Below, one piece after another: positions 43,022-53,129 of a stretch of 64,000 nt of DNA. The DNA lies in the NCBI GenBank assembly GCA_045105515.1, contig JBGCDR010000034.1:1-64000 (forward strand), given 5' to 3'. The stretch comes from Oligoflexales bacterium. GTDB lineage: Bacteria; Bdellovibrionota_B; Oligoflexia; Oligoflexales; Bog-1112. Position 1 is the first letter of the stretch, and each line of letters opens with the position of its first letter. The position numbers and the translations under genes are program-made. The notes beneath the pieces are model-generated. The model did not search any database. It worked only from the letters and a program-made list of their open reading frames with translations, and was not told the origin of the DNA.

Positions 43022-44293
43022 TTACTCGCAGATTTCGGGGATATTAGCGTTGTCACCCCCACCTCTAATACTGTCGTAAGATGCGCAGATCTCGCCTGCT
43101 TGGTCGTCCGAAAAATCATTGGGGTTAACCTTGGAAATAGCACCTCCAATGACCTCTGTCATTTTTTTGGTTAAGTCTCCCTTTGCCGCCCTAGCTTGTT
43201 CCTGAGTCCCTTCAAGACCTGAAGTGGATTCTCTTATTTTCCTAATTTTTTCTATGGATTTATTAATTGAATCGGTCATTTTTTTAGGTAATCCTGGCAG
43301 TCTACTAAATGCAAAGCTCACTGCCATGAGGTCATTAATCATGCCAATCAATTGGGTTTCTGGATGCTCAGGGCTGCAAAAACCGGTTGTTTGTAAAACC
43401 CTATCCACTGTTGCTGCAAGGCTTTCAATGGAATTTATCAGATTTCCTAGATCGGCTAGGGATTCGAAGTTTATGTTTTGCAGCTGCTCAACGCGTAGTT
43501 CGAGGTTACTTTTCCCTTGAGCAGTCGTACTGTAATTCATCACTGAATAGAATGCAATTGCTTCGGTTAGGTGAGCAAAAGCCCAGAGAATATGCGACTC
43601 GGCTTTCCTAGTTCTCGGTTTAGGGTTCGATGGGCAACGGTGTCTGATATCTTCAGTTAATCTAGCTTCTTCATCGACAAAACTACAAATAGCTTTGATT
43701 GCCCTATTCATATAGACTAACTTCTCAACTAATATTCGCGCGACACCCGCACATACTGGCTCGATAACTGGCAAACTTGGGACGTCTAGGTTGACGATTC
43801 CCATAAGGCTGAACTCTGTCTCGCTAAGGCCAATAATTCCATCCAAATCTGCAAGAGCATCTCCTGCTCCGGAACCTCCTTCACTTTCGCTATCTTCTTC
43901 ATTTGGCTCACCTTCATCGGCAACAAGCTCTTCGTCATCTTCTTCGGTTTCTTGTTCTTCCTCATTTTCATTTTTAGCAGGCTGTTCATCTTCATTTAGC
44001 TTTCCAGCAAGCCCAAATGGGGTTATGCCTGCCTTTGCCAGATAAACATATCCGAGCAATACAGCTGCAGCCTCAGAATCTGGATTTAGACTAACGGCAA
44101 GTTCCGCGTGTTTGAGTGCAGTATCAAATTCACCTTGATCATAGTAGGCTTGACCAATTGCAAGCTGCGCATCATAGGACTGCAAATGTCCACTAGGAAC
44201 TGTTAGACCCAGAATGTTTGTTTCGCTGTTGCAAGAGTTTTGAAAAAAAATGCAAAAGACAAAAAATATACCTTTTACTACGGGACTATTCAT
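43022..44293 (-). CDS. TPR-containing lipoprotein with acidic linker
   Basis: lipobox FQNS-C, TPR GQAYYDQGEFDTALKH...NPDS...LLGYVY, Glu-rich stretch. Confidence 0.7.
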   Translation of the reverse strand: MNSPVVKGIFFVFCIFFQNSCNSETNILGLTVPSGHLQSYDAQLAIGQAYYDQGEFDTALKHAELAVSLNPDSEAAAVLLGYVYLAKAGITPFGLAGKLNEDEQPAKNENEEEQETEEDDEELVADEGEPNEEDSESEGGSGAGDALADLDGIIGLSETEFSLMGIVNLDVPSLPVIEPVCAGVARILVEKLVYMNRAIKAICSFVDEEARLTEDIRHRCPSNPKPRTRKAESHILWAFAHLTEAIAFYSVMNYSTTAQGKSNLELRVEQLQNINFESLADLGNLINSIESLAATVDRVLQTTGFCSPEHPETQLIGMINDLMAVSFAFSRLPGLPKKMTDSINKSIEKIRKIRESTSGLEGTQEQARAAKGDLTKKMTEVIGGAISKVNPNDFSDDQAGEICASYDSIRGGGDNANIPEICE

Positions 44294-44665
44294 TCCTACT
44301 GGACCTAGTTAAAATAGTTTAGCTACCCTGCGAACTTTCATTTCCATTGAGCGTTAGTTTTCTAGAACATTATAACTCTAAAAAATGGCCAGTTTTCCCG
44401 CGGTTGCAAAAAAACAAGGCCTTTTACTTTTTTGGTTCCTTTCTAATATAATTGATAATATACCTATTCTGAGTATTGAGCGCTTAAATATTAGATTCTT
44501 AGGTCATATGGCCCATAATTTAATAGGTCCGAATTCTTCTACTAAGCCCAAGAACTTGTTACAATGAAAACAGGTTAACAAGTCAATCTTATGAGGGAAA
44601 CCTCGTTAATAGATAGCAGATAAGGTTCTCGCAACATATCGTTGCAGAGTAAAGGAGTGGTATCA

Positions 44666-44992
44666 ATGACCCTAACAAAAGATGTTTTAGTAGAGCTAAT
44701 CCGTGACAAAGTGGGTTACCCCGTAAAAGAGGCCAAGGAAATCTTGGAGATGATTTTAGAAGAGGTCAAACTCAAGCTAGAAGAAGGCCAAGATGTAAAG
44801 ATTTCTGGATTTGGAAAATGGGCAGTAAAAGAAAAAAGATCACGGCCAGGAAGAAATCCTCATACCGGAAAACGAATTGAAATCTCTGCTCGTAGGGTTG
44901 TGACTTTTCATCCCTCTGATAAATTGAGAGAGTCAGTAAACGCAAGTTGGTCAAAAGCTGCCGAAGCTCAGGAAGCTGCTTCGGATAAATAA
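44666..44992 (+). CDS. ihfA: integration host factor alpha / HU family
   Basis: MTLTK, VKISGFG, RPGRNPHTG, ISARRVVTF; start ATG 44666 after AAGGAG. Confidence 0.88.
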   Translation: MTLTKDVLVELIRDKVGYPVKEAKEILEMILEEVKLKLEEGQDVKISGFGKWAVKEKRSRPGRNPHTGKRIEISARRVVTFHPSDKLRESVNASWSKAAEAQEAASDK

Positions 44993-45228
44993 AATATCAG
45001 CTGGTACTTTCAGATTCAGTTTCTGCTTGGGATGTATTTCCCTTGACTTGCCTACTGCTACATCTTAATAAATCACTCCTTTGACCGGATCAAGTAAGCT
45101 CTCAAAGACTCCATATTACTTTCTCCTGTGGATGAGAGCTTATTCCTACCTTCTTTTTCTAACAAAGCCTATAATTATCCCGGTCAAAAAAGCCAAGATG
45201 AAAAACACAAAGGGAGCAAAAAAGAGCT

Positions 45229-45810
45229 ATGCGTTTAGATAAGATATACACGAAAGTTGGAGACAAAGGTTCAACATTGCTGGCTACTGGGCAAAGGGTT
45301 CCTAAATCTAGCTTAAGAATCGATGCCTATGGCACAGTAGATGAGCTCAATGCCCAACTTGGTATGCTTAGGGACGGTGCTAATCAAGAAATGCAAGCAT
45401 ATCCAAGTTTAAATGCAATTTACGATCAGATTTATCTTATTCAGAATGAACTTTTCGATATCGGAGCTGAATTAGCAAGTTTGAGCTCCGATCAGACTAC
45501 AAACCCTTGCCACATAAGTATGAAAAACATTGAAAGGCTGGAACAGGAAATGGACCACGCAAACGAACACCTTTCTCCTTTGCAAAACTTTGTTCTTCCG
45601 GGTGGGCACTCCCTAAACTCTCAAGCACATATCTGCCGATGTATCTGCCGAAGAGCAGAAAGAAGGGTGATTAGTTTACATGAAGATGAGCCTATTAGGT
45701 CTGAACTGCGTGTATATCTGAACCGCTTAAGTGATTGGATATTCATCATGAGTCGCTATATTTGCAAAGAATTATCTGTGTCTGAAGTATTGTGGCAACA
45801 GAAACGGTAA
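45229..45810 (+). CDS. cob(I)alamin adenosyltransferase, PduO type
   Basis: KIYTKVGDKG, AYGTVDELN, FVLPGG, RRAERR, YLNRLSD. Confidence 0.95.
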   Translation: MRLDKIYTKVGDKGSTLLATGQRVPKSSLRIDAYGTVDELNAQLGMLRDGANQEMQAYPSLNAIYDQIYLIQNELFDIGAELASLSSDQTTNPCHISMKNIERLEQEMDHANEHLSPLQNFVLPGGHSLNSQAHICRCICRRAERRVISLHEDEPIRSELRVYLNRLSDWIFIMSRYICKELSVSEVLWQQKR

Positions 45811-45878
45811 TCCATGAGTCTCAATGCTTAACTTAATCATCTAATTGAGGTATGATGTAAGCTAGGAATCATCACCAC

Positions 45879-46295
45879 GTGGTTGTTGGAAGCATGCTAT
45901 GGATTCGTTATTTATTCTTGGCGTTACCCCTTTTACTCGCATTTCTGTGGTCAAGTAAACCTGCACTCTATGCTCTTGCCGCTAGTTACACTTTTGAACC
46001 TAAAGAGTACGCTTCCTTTGAATGGGAACAAAACGCCAGTCAACTAGACTTTGGTCGGAGTATCCAAAAACATTTTCGTAAATTTGATATCTATATCCCA
46101 TTGGATGATATCATGTACCGACCGCACAGTCCTACCTATCAAGAGAAACTATTTTTGCAACTTGATCAGGCCTGTGGTCATGGTAATGTATATGTTTGGG
46201 TGCCACTGTATTTTAGGTTTCCATTGAAAGGAAATAAGGCTGTAGAATGGTGCTGGATACCACAACTCAAAATCGGGAAAAAATCAGATCAATAA
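45879..46295 (+). CDS. hypothetical membrane-anchored protein
   Basis: 138-aa ORF with N-terminal TM. Confidence 0.55.
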   Translation: MVVGSMLWIRYLFLALPLLLAFLWSSKPALYALAASYTFEPKEYASFEWEQNASQLDFGRSIQKHFRKFDIYIPLDDIMYRPHSPTYQEKLFLQLDQACGHGNVYVWVPLYFRFPLKGNKAVEWCWIPQLKIGKKSDQ

Positions 46296-47062
46296 AATCG
46301 GAACCAACTCGATTCTCTAATTTTGGAGATATTTCAAGCGTTTCTGGGTCTAAGATGATTGACCCTATTGATCATTTGAAAAGCTCTCAAGATATTTCCG
46401 TTCCCGAAATGATTGAAGGAATTATCCAATGGACTCAAAATCAATATGGAACAGAAGAATTTGTAAACGCGAAGAAAGAGTTTCATGCATTAACTGGAAG
46501 AGTTTTTCCAGACGAACACTCTTACCACCAAAGGATGTCATACTTTTTAGACTTCTTTACTTTTCAAAGACCTATCCAAGGTGAGCTTCGTGAAAATGAT
46601 GAGGGCTTTACCCCTTTTTCTAACTTTTTAGATTCCCAATTTTTTGACCATGATAGGCAACTTAGTTCACTTAAGCAAAGATTCACCGATCTTGGAAATT
46701 TCAAACACTCATTGTTTATGATCCTTAAGGTAAGCAAATATAAGATGGTGTTAAGGGATCTTTTCGATAAAGAAAAAATAGAATTTGGTAAAAACCACCA
46801 TTTTATTTTCAATGGCTTTGCCTATGGAGCCATCTTTCAGGGGTTCATCTTTCGCTTAACATCTTCACCCCATATATCTCAAGGAGTAATCCTCCACCCA
46901 CCCAACGTTTCCAGAATTATAAGAAAATCTGTCAGATTACTAAAAAAAGATCAAAATCCTGATAAGTTAAAGCTTATGTCTAGACTCGCAAAACAGCATC
47001 TAAACTTTGTCAGACAAAGATTTGGAGACAGTAAGAAAATTTATACCCAGCTTCCTAGATGA
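46247..47062 (+). CDS. hypothetical protein (start uncertain)
   Basis: 271-aa ORF; AKKEF...TG, RMSYFLDFF, HSLF, DLF. Confidence 0.7.
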   Translation: MVLDTTTQNREKIRSIKSEPTRFSNFGDISSVSGSKMIDPIDHLKSSQDISVPEMIEGIIQWTQNQYGTEEFVNAKKEFHALTGRVFPDEHSYHQRMSYFLDFFTFQRPIQGELRENDEGFTPFSNFLDSQFFDHDRQLSSLKQRFTDLGNFKHSLFMILKVSKYKMVLRDLFDKEKIEFGKNHHFIFNGFAYGAIFQGFIFRLTSSPHISQGVILHPPNVSRIIRKSVRLLKKDQNPDKLKLMSRLAKQHLNFVRQRFGDSKKIYTQLPR

Positions 47063-47073
47063 GACCTCTTCCC

Positions 47074-47100
47074 TAAATTTTTTCATGTAATTTCCGATCA
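47074..47100 (+). promoter_or_regulatory. sigma28-like promoter of pilB-pilT-pilC
   Basis: TAAA-N15-TCCGATCA. Confidence 0.55.
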
Positions 47101-47170
47101 CAAGCATAGCGACATGGGATGCATCCCGTCGCTGATTTAAATTGTGAAATAAGTTAAGGCACCTGTTTCA

Positions 47171-48877
47171 ATGGCAGACCTGCAAAAAATGCTGGAAAAA
47201 GAAGGTAACTTTTCTGCGGAACAATTCAATAAAGCAATGGGAGAATCTAAAAAGCACCGCATCTCCATCATGCATGCTATCGAAGAAACAAAAGCAATCA
47301 AGGAAAGTATATTGCTTGATATCTTTTCTAGATTTTTTAAGGTACCAAAGGTTCAATTGGGCACTATGGACATTCCAAAATCCATCACAGACCTGATTCC
47401 AAAGGATCTAGCAACTAAGTACCGAGTCATTCCTATAGACCGAGTCGGAAACAATATCATAGTAGCAATGGGTGACCCTAGAAATAAAAAGGCTGTAGAT
47501 GCCATTCGCTTAAAAGCGGGATATTTTCCAAAGCCAGTTTTAGCTTCTGAAATACAAATCACTGATGCGATAAAAAAATACTACTCAAATATGAGGATGG
47601 ATTTAACTGGTTTTACTGCACCTGAACTGGTTACAAAAAAAGGTTCTTCAGCTGGCAGAAGGGTCATCGGGACAGGTATTTCTGACAAAGAAGACGGGCC
47701 TATCGTTAAACTCGTCAACGATATCATAATGCAGTGTGTCTCAAGAGGTGCATCGGATATTCATATAGAAGTCTATGAAGAGTATATGCGTATACGTTTA
47801 CGTATTGATGGATCCCTATTTGAAATTGCTAGGCCACCAATAAATATGAAGGGACCATTAATATCACGAATTAAGATCATGTCAGGCCTCAATATAGCTG
47901 AAACCCGCTTACCCCAAGATGGTGCTATTAATGTTCAGATCGGTAACAAGCCAGTCGACTTTCGGGTTAACACTCTGCCAACCTCTTATGGTGAAAAGAT
48001 CGTTATGCGAATTCTCGATAAATCTAACTTACAAGTAGATATGCGACAACTTGGATTCGAAGCTGATCAGCTAAAAGGATTCAAAAATGCAATCAATAAC
48101 CCCTATGGAATGGTACTTGTTACTGGGCCAACTGGTTCAGGTAAGACCACCACATTGTATTCGGCACTCCAGGAACTAAATCGAGAAGAGTTTAATATAA
48201 TGACAGCTGAAGACCCCGTGGAGTACAACCTCACAGGAATCAATCAGGTACAGACTAAAACTGATATTGGATTAAATTTTGCTGCAGCACTACGTGCCTT
48301 TCTCAGACAAGACCCTGACATCATCATGGTTGGAGAGATTCGTGATTTAGAAACTGCTGAAATCGCAATGAAGGCAGCATTAACAGGCCACATGGTTTTA
48401 TCCACTTTGCACACCAACAGTGCTTCTGACACAGTCTCCAGATTGCTAAATATGGGGGTAGCAGCATTCAACGTGGTAGCAGCATTAAACTGTGTCACAG
48501 CACAAAGACTTATGAAAAAAATCTGCAGTCGCTGTAAATTTCCGGATCCCGAAGTAACTCCTCAAGCATTAATGGACCTAGGTATTCATGAATCCTATGT
48601 AAATAAAATTCAAGTTCTTAAAGGAAGAGGATGCGGAGCATGCGGACAAACCGGCGCTAAAGGTAGGGTTGCTGTGCACGAAGTTCTTCTTATGAACGAT
48701 GCAGTTAAACGCAGCATTTTAAAAGGTGATCCTGCTATCGATATTAAAAAAGTAGCCATGTCAACAGGTATGCGAACCCTTAGGCAATCCGCTCTCACCA
48801 AGATGGCAAATGGAATCGTTACAGCCCAAGAGGTGATAAAAGCAACATCAGCAGACACTGACAGTACCATGTCTTAA
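47171..48877 (+). CDS. pilB: type IV pilus assembly ATPase PilB
   Basis: ASDIHIE, RLPQDG, GPTGSGKTTTLY, RQDPDIIMVGEIRD, CSRC/CGAC Zn site. Confidence 0.96.
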   Translation: MADLQKMLEKEGNFSAEQFNKAMGESKKHRISIMHAIEETKAIKESILLDIFSRFFKVPKVQLGTMDIPKSITDLIPKDLATKYRVIPIDRVGNNIIVAMGDPRNKKAVDAIRLKAGYFPKPVLASEIQITDAIKKYYSNMRMDLTGFTAPELVTKKGSSAGRRVIGTGISDKEDGPIVKLVNDIIMQCVSRGASDIHIEVYEEYMRIRLRIDGSLFEIARPPINMKGPLISRIKIMSGLNIAETRLPQDGAINVQIGNKPVDFRVNTLPTSYGEKIVMRILDKSNLQVDMRQLGFEADQLKGFKNAINNPYGMVLVTGPTGSGKTTTLYSALQELNREEFNIMTAEDPVEYNLTGINQVQTKTDIGLNFAAALRAFLRQDPDIIMVGEIRDLETAEIAMKAALTGHMVLSTLHTNSASDTVSRLLNMGVAAFNVVAALNCVTAQRLMKKICSRCKFPDPEVTPQALMDLGIHESYVNKIQVLKGRGCGACGQTGAKGRVAVHEVLLMNDAVKRSILKGDPAIDIKKVAMSTGMRTLRQSALTKMANGIVTAQEVIKATSADTDSTMS

Positions 48878-48886
48878 GGAGTAGGA

Positions 48887-50017
48887 ATGAGTACCCGTAC
48901 ACGTTCAACAGAGTTAAATTATTCTTTACCACAGCTACTGAAAGCCTTGTTGGACCAAAATGGAAGCGATCTGCATATCACTTCTAACTCTCCGCCTAGA
49001 CTCCGAATCAATGGACTACTATTACCCCTAGATCTTCCGCAATTAACAGCTGATCAGACTATGTTGCTTTGTTATTCAATTCTGACCGAAGAACAAAAAA
49101 AGATCTTTGAAGGAAACAAAGAAATTGACCTTTCTTTTAGCATCAAAGGCTTGTGCCGGTTTCGTGCCAATATTTTCCATCAGAGAGGGAGCGTTGGAGG
49201 AGTATTTCGGATGATTCCTACACGTGTCCCAGATTTTAAAGAGCTTGGATTGCCTCACTATATTGAAGAATTTTGCAAGATGCCAAGAGGCTTAGTTTTG
49301 GTGACTGGACCAACAGGCTCAGGAAAATCAACTACACTCGCAACCATGATTGACAACATTAATAATAAGTACCAAAAACATATCGTTACCATCGAAGATC
49401 CCATCGAATTTATACATAAAAACAAACACTCAATCGTTAACCAAAGAGAATTAGGTAGTGATACAGATAGCTTTTCTAAAGCTCTTAAAAGCTGTTTAAG
49501 ACAAGACCCAGATGTTGTTTTAGTCGGTGAGTTAAGAGATCTCGAGACTATTTCCCTTGCTATAACTACCGCTGAAACTGGTCATTTGGTCTTTGGCACC
49601 CTTCACACCAATTCTTGCGTTTCAAGCATCAACCGGATTATTGATGCATTCCCAGCACACCAACAGTCTCAGATTAGAACGCAACTTTCTTTTACCCTTA
49701 TGGGTGTTATGTCTCAGCTTCTGATTCCATCAATAAATGGAAAGCGCGTTGCATGCATAGAGATGATGGCACCAAACTCCGCCATCCGAGCATTAATTAG
49801 AGACAATAAAATTCATCAGATTTACTCTGCAATGCAAATTGGCCAGGAGAACTCACATATGCGGACGATGAATCAAGCTTTACTTGATCTCGTTGCCGTT
49901 CGAAAAATCAATGATAAAACCGCCTTGGGGATTGCACAGGACCCCATAGAGGTGGCTGAATTACTAAACAAATACTATGGAAGAGTCGGAACCTCAGGCA
50001 AACCAAACAGGAGATAA
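48887..50017 (+). CDS. pilT: type IV pilus retraction ATPase PilT
   Basis: GSDLH, RFRANIF, GPTGSGKSTTLA, AETGHLVFGTLHT, AIRALIRD. Confidence 0.96.
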   Translation: MSTRTRSTELNYSLPQLLKALLDQNGSDLHITSNSPPRLRINGLLLPLDLPQLTADQTMLLCYSILTEEQKKIFEGNKEIDLSFSIKGLCRFRANIFHQRGSVGGVFRMIPTRVPDFKELGLPHYIEEFCKMPRGLVLVTGPTGSGKSTTLATMIDNINNKYQKHIVTIEDPIEFIHKNKHSIVNQRELGSDTDSFSKALKSCLRQDPDVVLVGELRDLETISLAITTAETGHLVFGTLHTNSCVSSINRIIDAFPAHQQSQIRTQLSFTLMGVMSQLLIPSINGKRVACIEMMAPNSAIRALIRDNKIHQIYSAMQIGQENSHMRTMNQALLDLVAVRKINDKTALGIAQDPIEVAELLNKYYGRVGTSGKPNRR

Positions 50018-50028
50018 AATAGTAAGCT

Positions 50029-51297
50029 ATGCCGGTATATTCTTTTAGAGCTAAGAACTCCAGAGGTAAGATCAACACAGGGACCATCGAAGCTCCCTCA
50101 AAAGCTGAAGCAAAGTCCCAACTTTCAAGACGCCGCTTCCAAGTTCTCTCCCTAAAGTTGAAGTCGGGAGGCGGTGGCGAGGCTGATGGAGAAGAGACCC
50201 CTATACTCGGGGAGTTCATATACAAAGATGCTAATGGCAACGTTCAGATTGCTCTTGGTAACCAAAACCCTACTACTAAAGAGCTCATTGTCTTCACAAA
50301 ACAGTTTTCAACTATGCTCAACAGTGGGGTTCCTATGATTCAAGCCTTAGGTATACTCGCTAAACAGCAGCAATCCAGAGTTTTTCGCAGGGCGCTGAGA
50401 AGCGTACAAACTATCGTTGAAAATGGCTCAACCTTATCTGACGCTTTAAGTACATTTCCAAAAATTTTCGATACCCTATTTGTCGCAATGGTAGAAGCTG
50501 GGGAAGCGAGTGGCAACCTCGACACTATCCTGATAAAACTAGTAACCTACATCGAAAAAGCAGATAAAATAAAAAGCCAGATTAAGTCTGCGATGATGTA
50601 TCCCATGATTGTCGTTATAGTTGCAATCGGCGTAATAGCAGGACTTTTAGCCTTCGTTGTACCATCCTTTGCTCAGCAGTATTCAGATACAGGTCGAGAG
50701 CTACCATGGTTAACCCAAACGGTAATCGATTTTTCCGACGACTTTACCGAAAATTGGTACCTTTACTTAGGATCCTTGTTTGGTGCTGTTGTGGGCATAA
50801 ACCTTTGGATACAAACAGACAACGGTAGGAAACACTTTGATTCATTTATTTTGAAAGCTCCAGGGATTGGAATATTATTAAAAAAGATAGCCGTGGGACG
50901 TTTTTGCTCAACCATGTCATCAATGCTTACCTCAGGGGTAAACCTCCTTGAAGCCTTAAGCATTTGCGCATCTTCTTCTGGCAACAAAACTATCGAGATT
51001 TTCATATTGACCGTTCGAGCAGGTTTGGAAAAAGGAGCAACTTTTTCTGACTCCTTAAGTCAAGGCACCCTGTTTCCAGAAATGGTGATTTCTATGGTCA
51101 CAGTGGGTGAGTCCACTGGTGCGCTTGACGATATGCTAACCAAGGTCAGCGATTTCTATGAAGAAGAGGTTGATCTTGCCGTTCAAACACTATTGTCAAT
51201 GATCGAGCCCATAATGATCGTCTTTATTGGTGGACTGGTTGGTTTTATTGTAATCGCTATGTACCTTCCAGTATTTGAAATGGCTGGTGGCGTATAA
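50029..51297 (+). CDS. pilC: type IV pilus platform protein PilC
   Basis: FTKQFSTMLNSGVP, AGEASGNLD, IKSAMMYP, VGESTGALD, AMYLPVF. Confidence 0.96.
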   Translation: MPVYSFRAKNSRGKINTGTIEAPSKAEAKSQLSRRRFQVLSLKLKSGGGGEADGEETPILGEFIYKDANGNVQIALGNQNPTTKELIVFTKQFSTMLNSGVPMIQALGILAKQQQSRVFRRALRSVQTIVENGSTLSDALSTFPKIFDTLFVAMVEAGEASGNLDTILIKLVTYIEKADKIKSQIKSAMMYPMIVVIVAIGVIAGLLAFVVPSFAQQYSDTGRELPWLTQTVIDFSDDFTENWYLYLGSLFGAVVGINLWIQTDNGRKHFDSFILKAPGIGILLKKIAVGRFCSTMSSMLTSGVNLLEALSICASSSGNKTIEIFILTVRAGLEKGATFSDSLSQGTLFPEMVISMVTVGESTGALDDMLTKVSDFYEEEVDLAVQTLLSMIEPIMIVFIGGLVGFIVIAMYLPVFEMAGGV

Positions 51298-51298
51298 G

Positions 51299-51769
51299 CT
51301 ATGCCACAAAAGCTATATAGTAAAAAACCCAACCACTAATTGCAGCCCCCAGCATTCCAAGAGAGGCCAAACGCCCTAAAAATTTATGATTTTTACTATA
51401 ATCATTCGGCCTTACGGGCTTTTCAAAATTTTTTAATGCTCCAAAAATACCCCCCCCCCAGAGCAAGACAGTGGTAACTGCAAAAATAAGATGAATCACC
51501 AAGGACGGATAGAGAAGAGTCTGATAGAAAGGAGAAATCTTGGCAGATTCTTGCCAGTTACTAAAACGTACTTCAAACTCAAAACACACAACTGTGATCA
51601 ACAAGATACTAGCAAGCCCCAACTGCCACTTTTTATGGAATTCGTAGCTCTTTTTGAAGTGCACCTTGTAAACACCAAATCCAATCGCTGGCAGAACTAG
51701 GAGCATAGCGACGCAGACAAAGTCCATCATAAAAAAAGACCGATCGCTAAAAGGCAAAAATCCTGGCAT
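51299..51769 (-). CDS. DUF420-like membrane protein
   Basis: 4 TM with His motifs HKKWQ, IHLIFA, HKFLGR. Confidence 0.75.
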   Translation of the reverse strand: MPGFLPFSDRSFFMMDFVCVAMLLVLPAIGFGVYKVHFKKSYEFHKKWQLGLASILLITVVCFEFEVRFSNWQESAKISPFYQTLLYPSLVIHLIFAVTTVLLWGGGIFGALKNFEKPVRPNDYSKNHKFLGRLASLGMLGAAISGWVFYYIAFVA

Positions 51770-51778
51770 ACTAAGGTC

Positions 51779-52816
51779 CTACGAGTAAATCTTATTTTCC
51801 TGCTCACGCACCTGAATAAAGGTCGTACGCTTAGAAAGTTCTTTTAGCTTACTTGCTCCGACATAGGTGCATGTAGAGCGCACACCACCCAAAATATCTT
51901 TTATGGTCACCAAAACTTCTCCGCGGTAAGGAACACGGACCACCTTACCTTCAGAAGCTCGGTAATCAGCAACACCGCCACTATGTTTTTTCATCGCTGC
52001 AGCAGAACTCATTCCATAGAATTCCATTAGCTGCTCACCATTTTCTTCTATTTTTTCACCCTCACCCTCATCATGTCCAGCAAGCATCCCTCCCAACATA
52101 ACGAAATCCGCCCCTGCACCAAATGCTTTGGCTATATCACCTGAACAGGTGCAGCCTCCATCGGAAATTACATGCCCTTTTAATCCATGGGCAGCGTCGG
52201 CACATTCGATGATAGCCGATAACTGCGGATAGCCAACCCCAGTTTTAACACGGGTCGTGCAGACACTTCCGGGGCCAATACCAACTTTCACAATATCAGC
52301 ACCGGCTAAAATAAGCTCTTCGACCATCTCCCCGGTAACTACATTTCCAGCAATGATGGTTTTATCAGGGTAATCTTCGCGCACTTTTTTTAGAAAATCT
52401 ACAAAGTACTCAGTATAACCATTTGCCACATCAATACAGATAAATTGCAAAGAAGGAGCAACTTGCAAAATTTGCTTCATCTTTTCAAAATCTGCATTAC
52501 TAATCCCGGTGCTTACACAGATATAATTTAGTGCATCAAGGCCTGTCTGCGTACTAAATTCCTTCCACTGCAGAGCGGTATAGTGCTTATGAACTGCTAC
52601 CATTATCTGATATTCTGATAGCACTTTTGCCATCGCAAAAGTTCCTACAGAGTCCATATTTGCAGCTATGATTGGTACTCCTGACCATTCGAATCGACTA
52701 TGACGGAAGGTATAGTCCCTTACCAAAGAAACTTCAGAACGACTTTTTAATGTGGATCTCTTTGGGCGGATCAAAACATCTTTAAAACCAATTTTTAATT
52801 CAGATTCTATGCGCAT
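51779..52816 (-). CDS. guaC: GMP reductase (type 1)
   Basis: [43 protein letters not shown]. Confidence 0.98.
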   Translation of the reverse strand: MRIESELKIGFKDVLIRPKRSTLKSRSEVSLVRDYTFRHSRFEWSGVPIIAANMDSVGTFAMAKVLSEYQIMVAVHKHYTALQWKEFSTQTGLDALNYICVSTGISNADFEKMKQILQVAPSLQFICIDVANGYTEYFVDFLKKVREDYPDKTIIAGNVVTGEMVEELILAGADIVKVGIGPGSVCTTRVKTGVGYPQLSAIIECADAAHGLKGHVISDGGCTCSGDIAKAFGAGADFVMLGGMLAGHDEGEGEKIEENGEQLMEFYGMSSAAAMKKHSGGVADYRASEGKVVRVPYRGEVLVTIKDILGGVRSTCTYVGASKLKELSKRTTFIQVREQENKIYS

Positions 52817-53018
52817 GATTTATCTCTTCTGTATGACTGGGAAGTTCTTAAGCATATTGCTCCTGCATTAGAACAAAAGCACATAACTGGACAACAATTA
52901 CCGCGAGATAATTAATTTTTCTATGTTTTTGAATTTTTATAAAAAGACTGTTTGAGGCAAATTGACTATGGAGAAAAAAAACTCTGTCTATCTACTTGCA
53001 GATAAATCTGAAGAAAAG

Positions 53019-53105
53019 TGGTGCGAAGAGAGGGACTTGAACCCTCACCCCGTTGCCAGGACTAGGCCCTCAACCTAGCGCGTCTACCAATTTCGCCACC
53101 TTCGC
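53019..53105 (-). tRNA. tRNA-Leu(GAG)
   Basis: GCGAAGG...TCTTCGC-ACCA acceptor, anticodon arm CTAGG-TTGAGGG-CCTAG, long variable arm, GGTTCAAGTCC. Confidence 0.97.
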
Positions 53106-53129
53106 ATAAGATATGTAAGCATTAGATGC

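Noticed and set aside
45000..45228. Canonical cobalamin riboswitch
   Set aside because: Conserved B12-element motifs not recognisable; kept only as an unknown structured leader
52817..53105. Genomic island or prophage integrated at tRNA-Leu
   Set aside because: No integrase and no duplicated tRNA 3' end seen in the window
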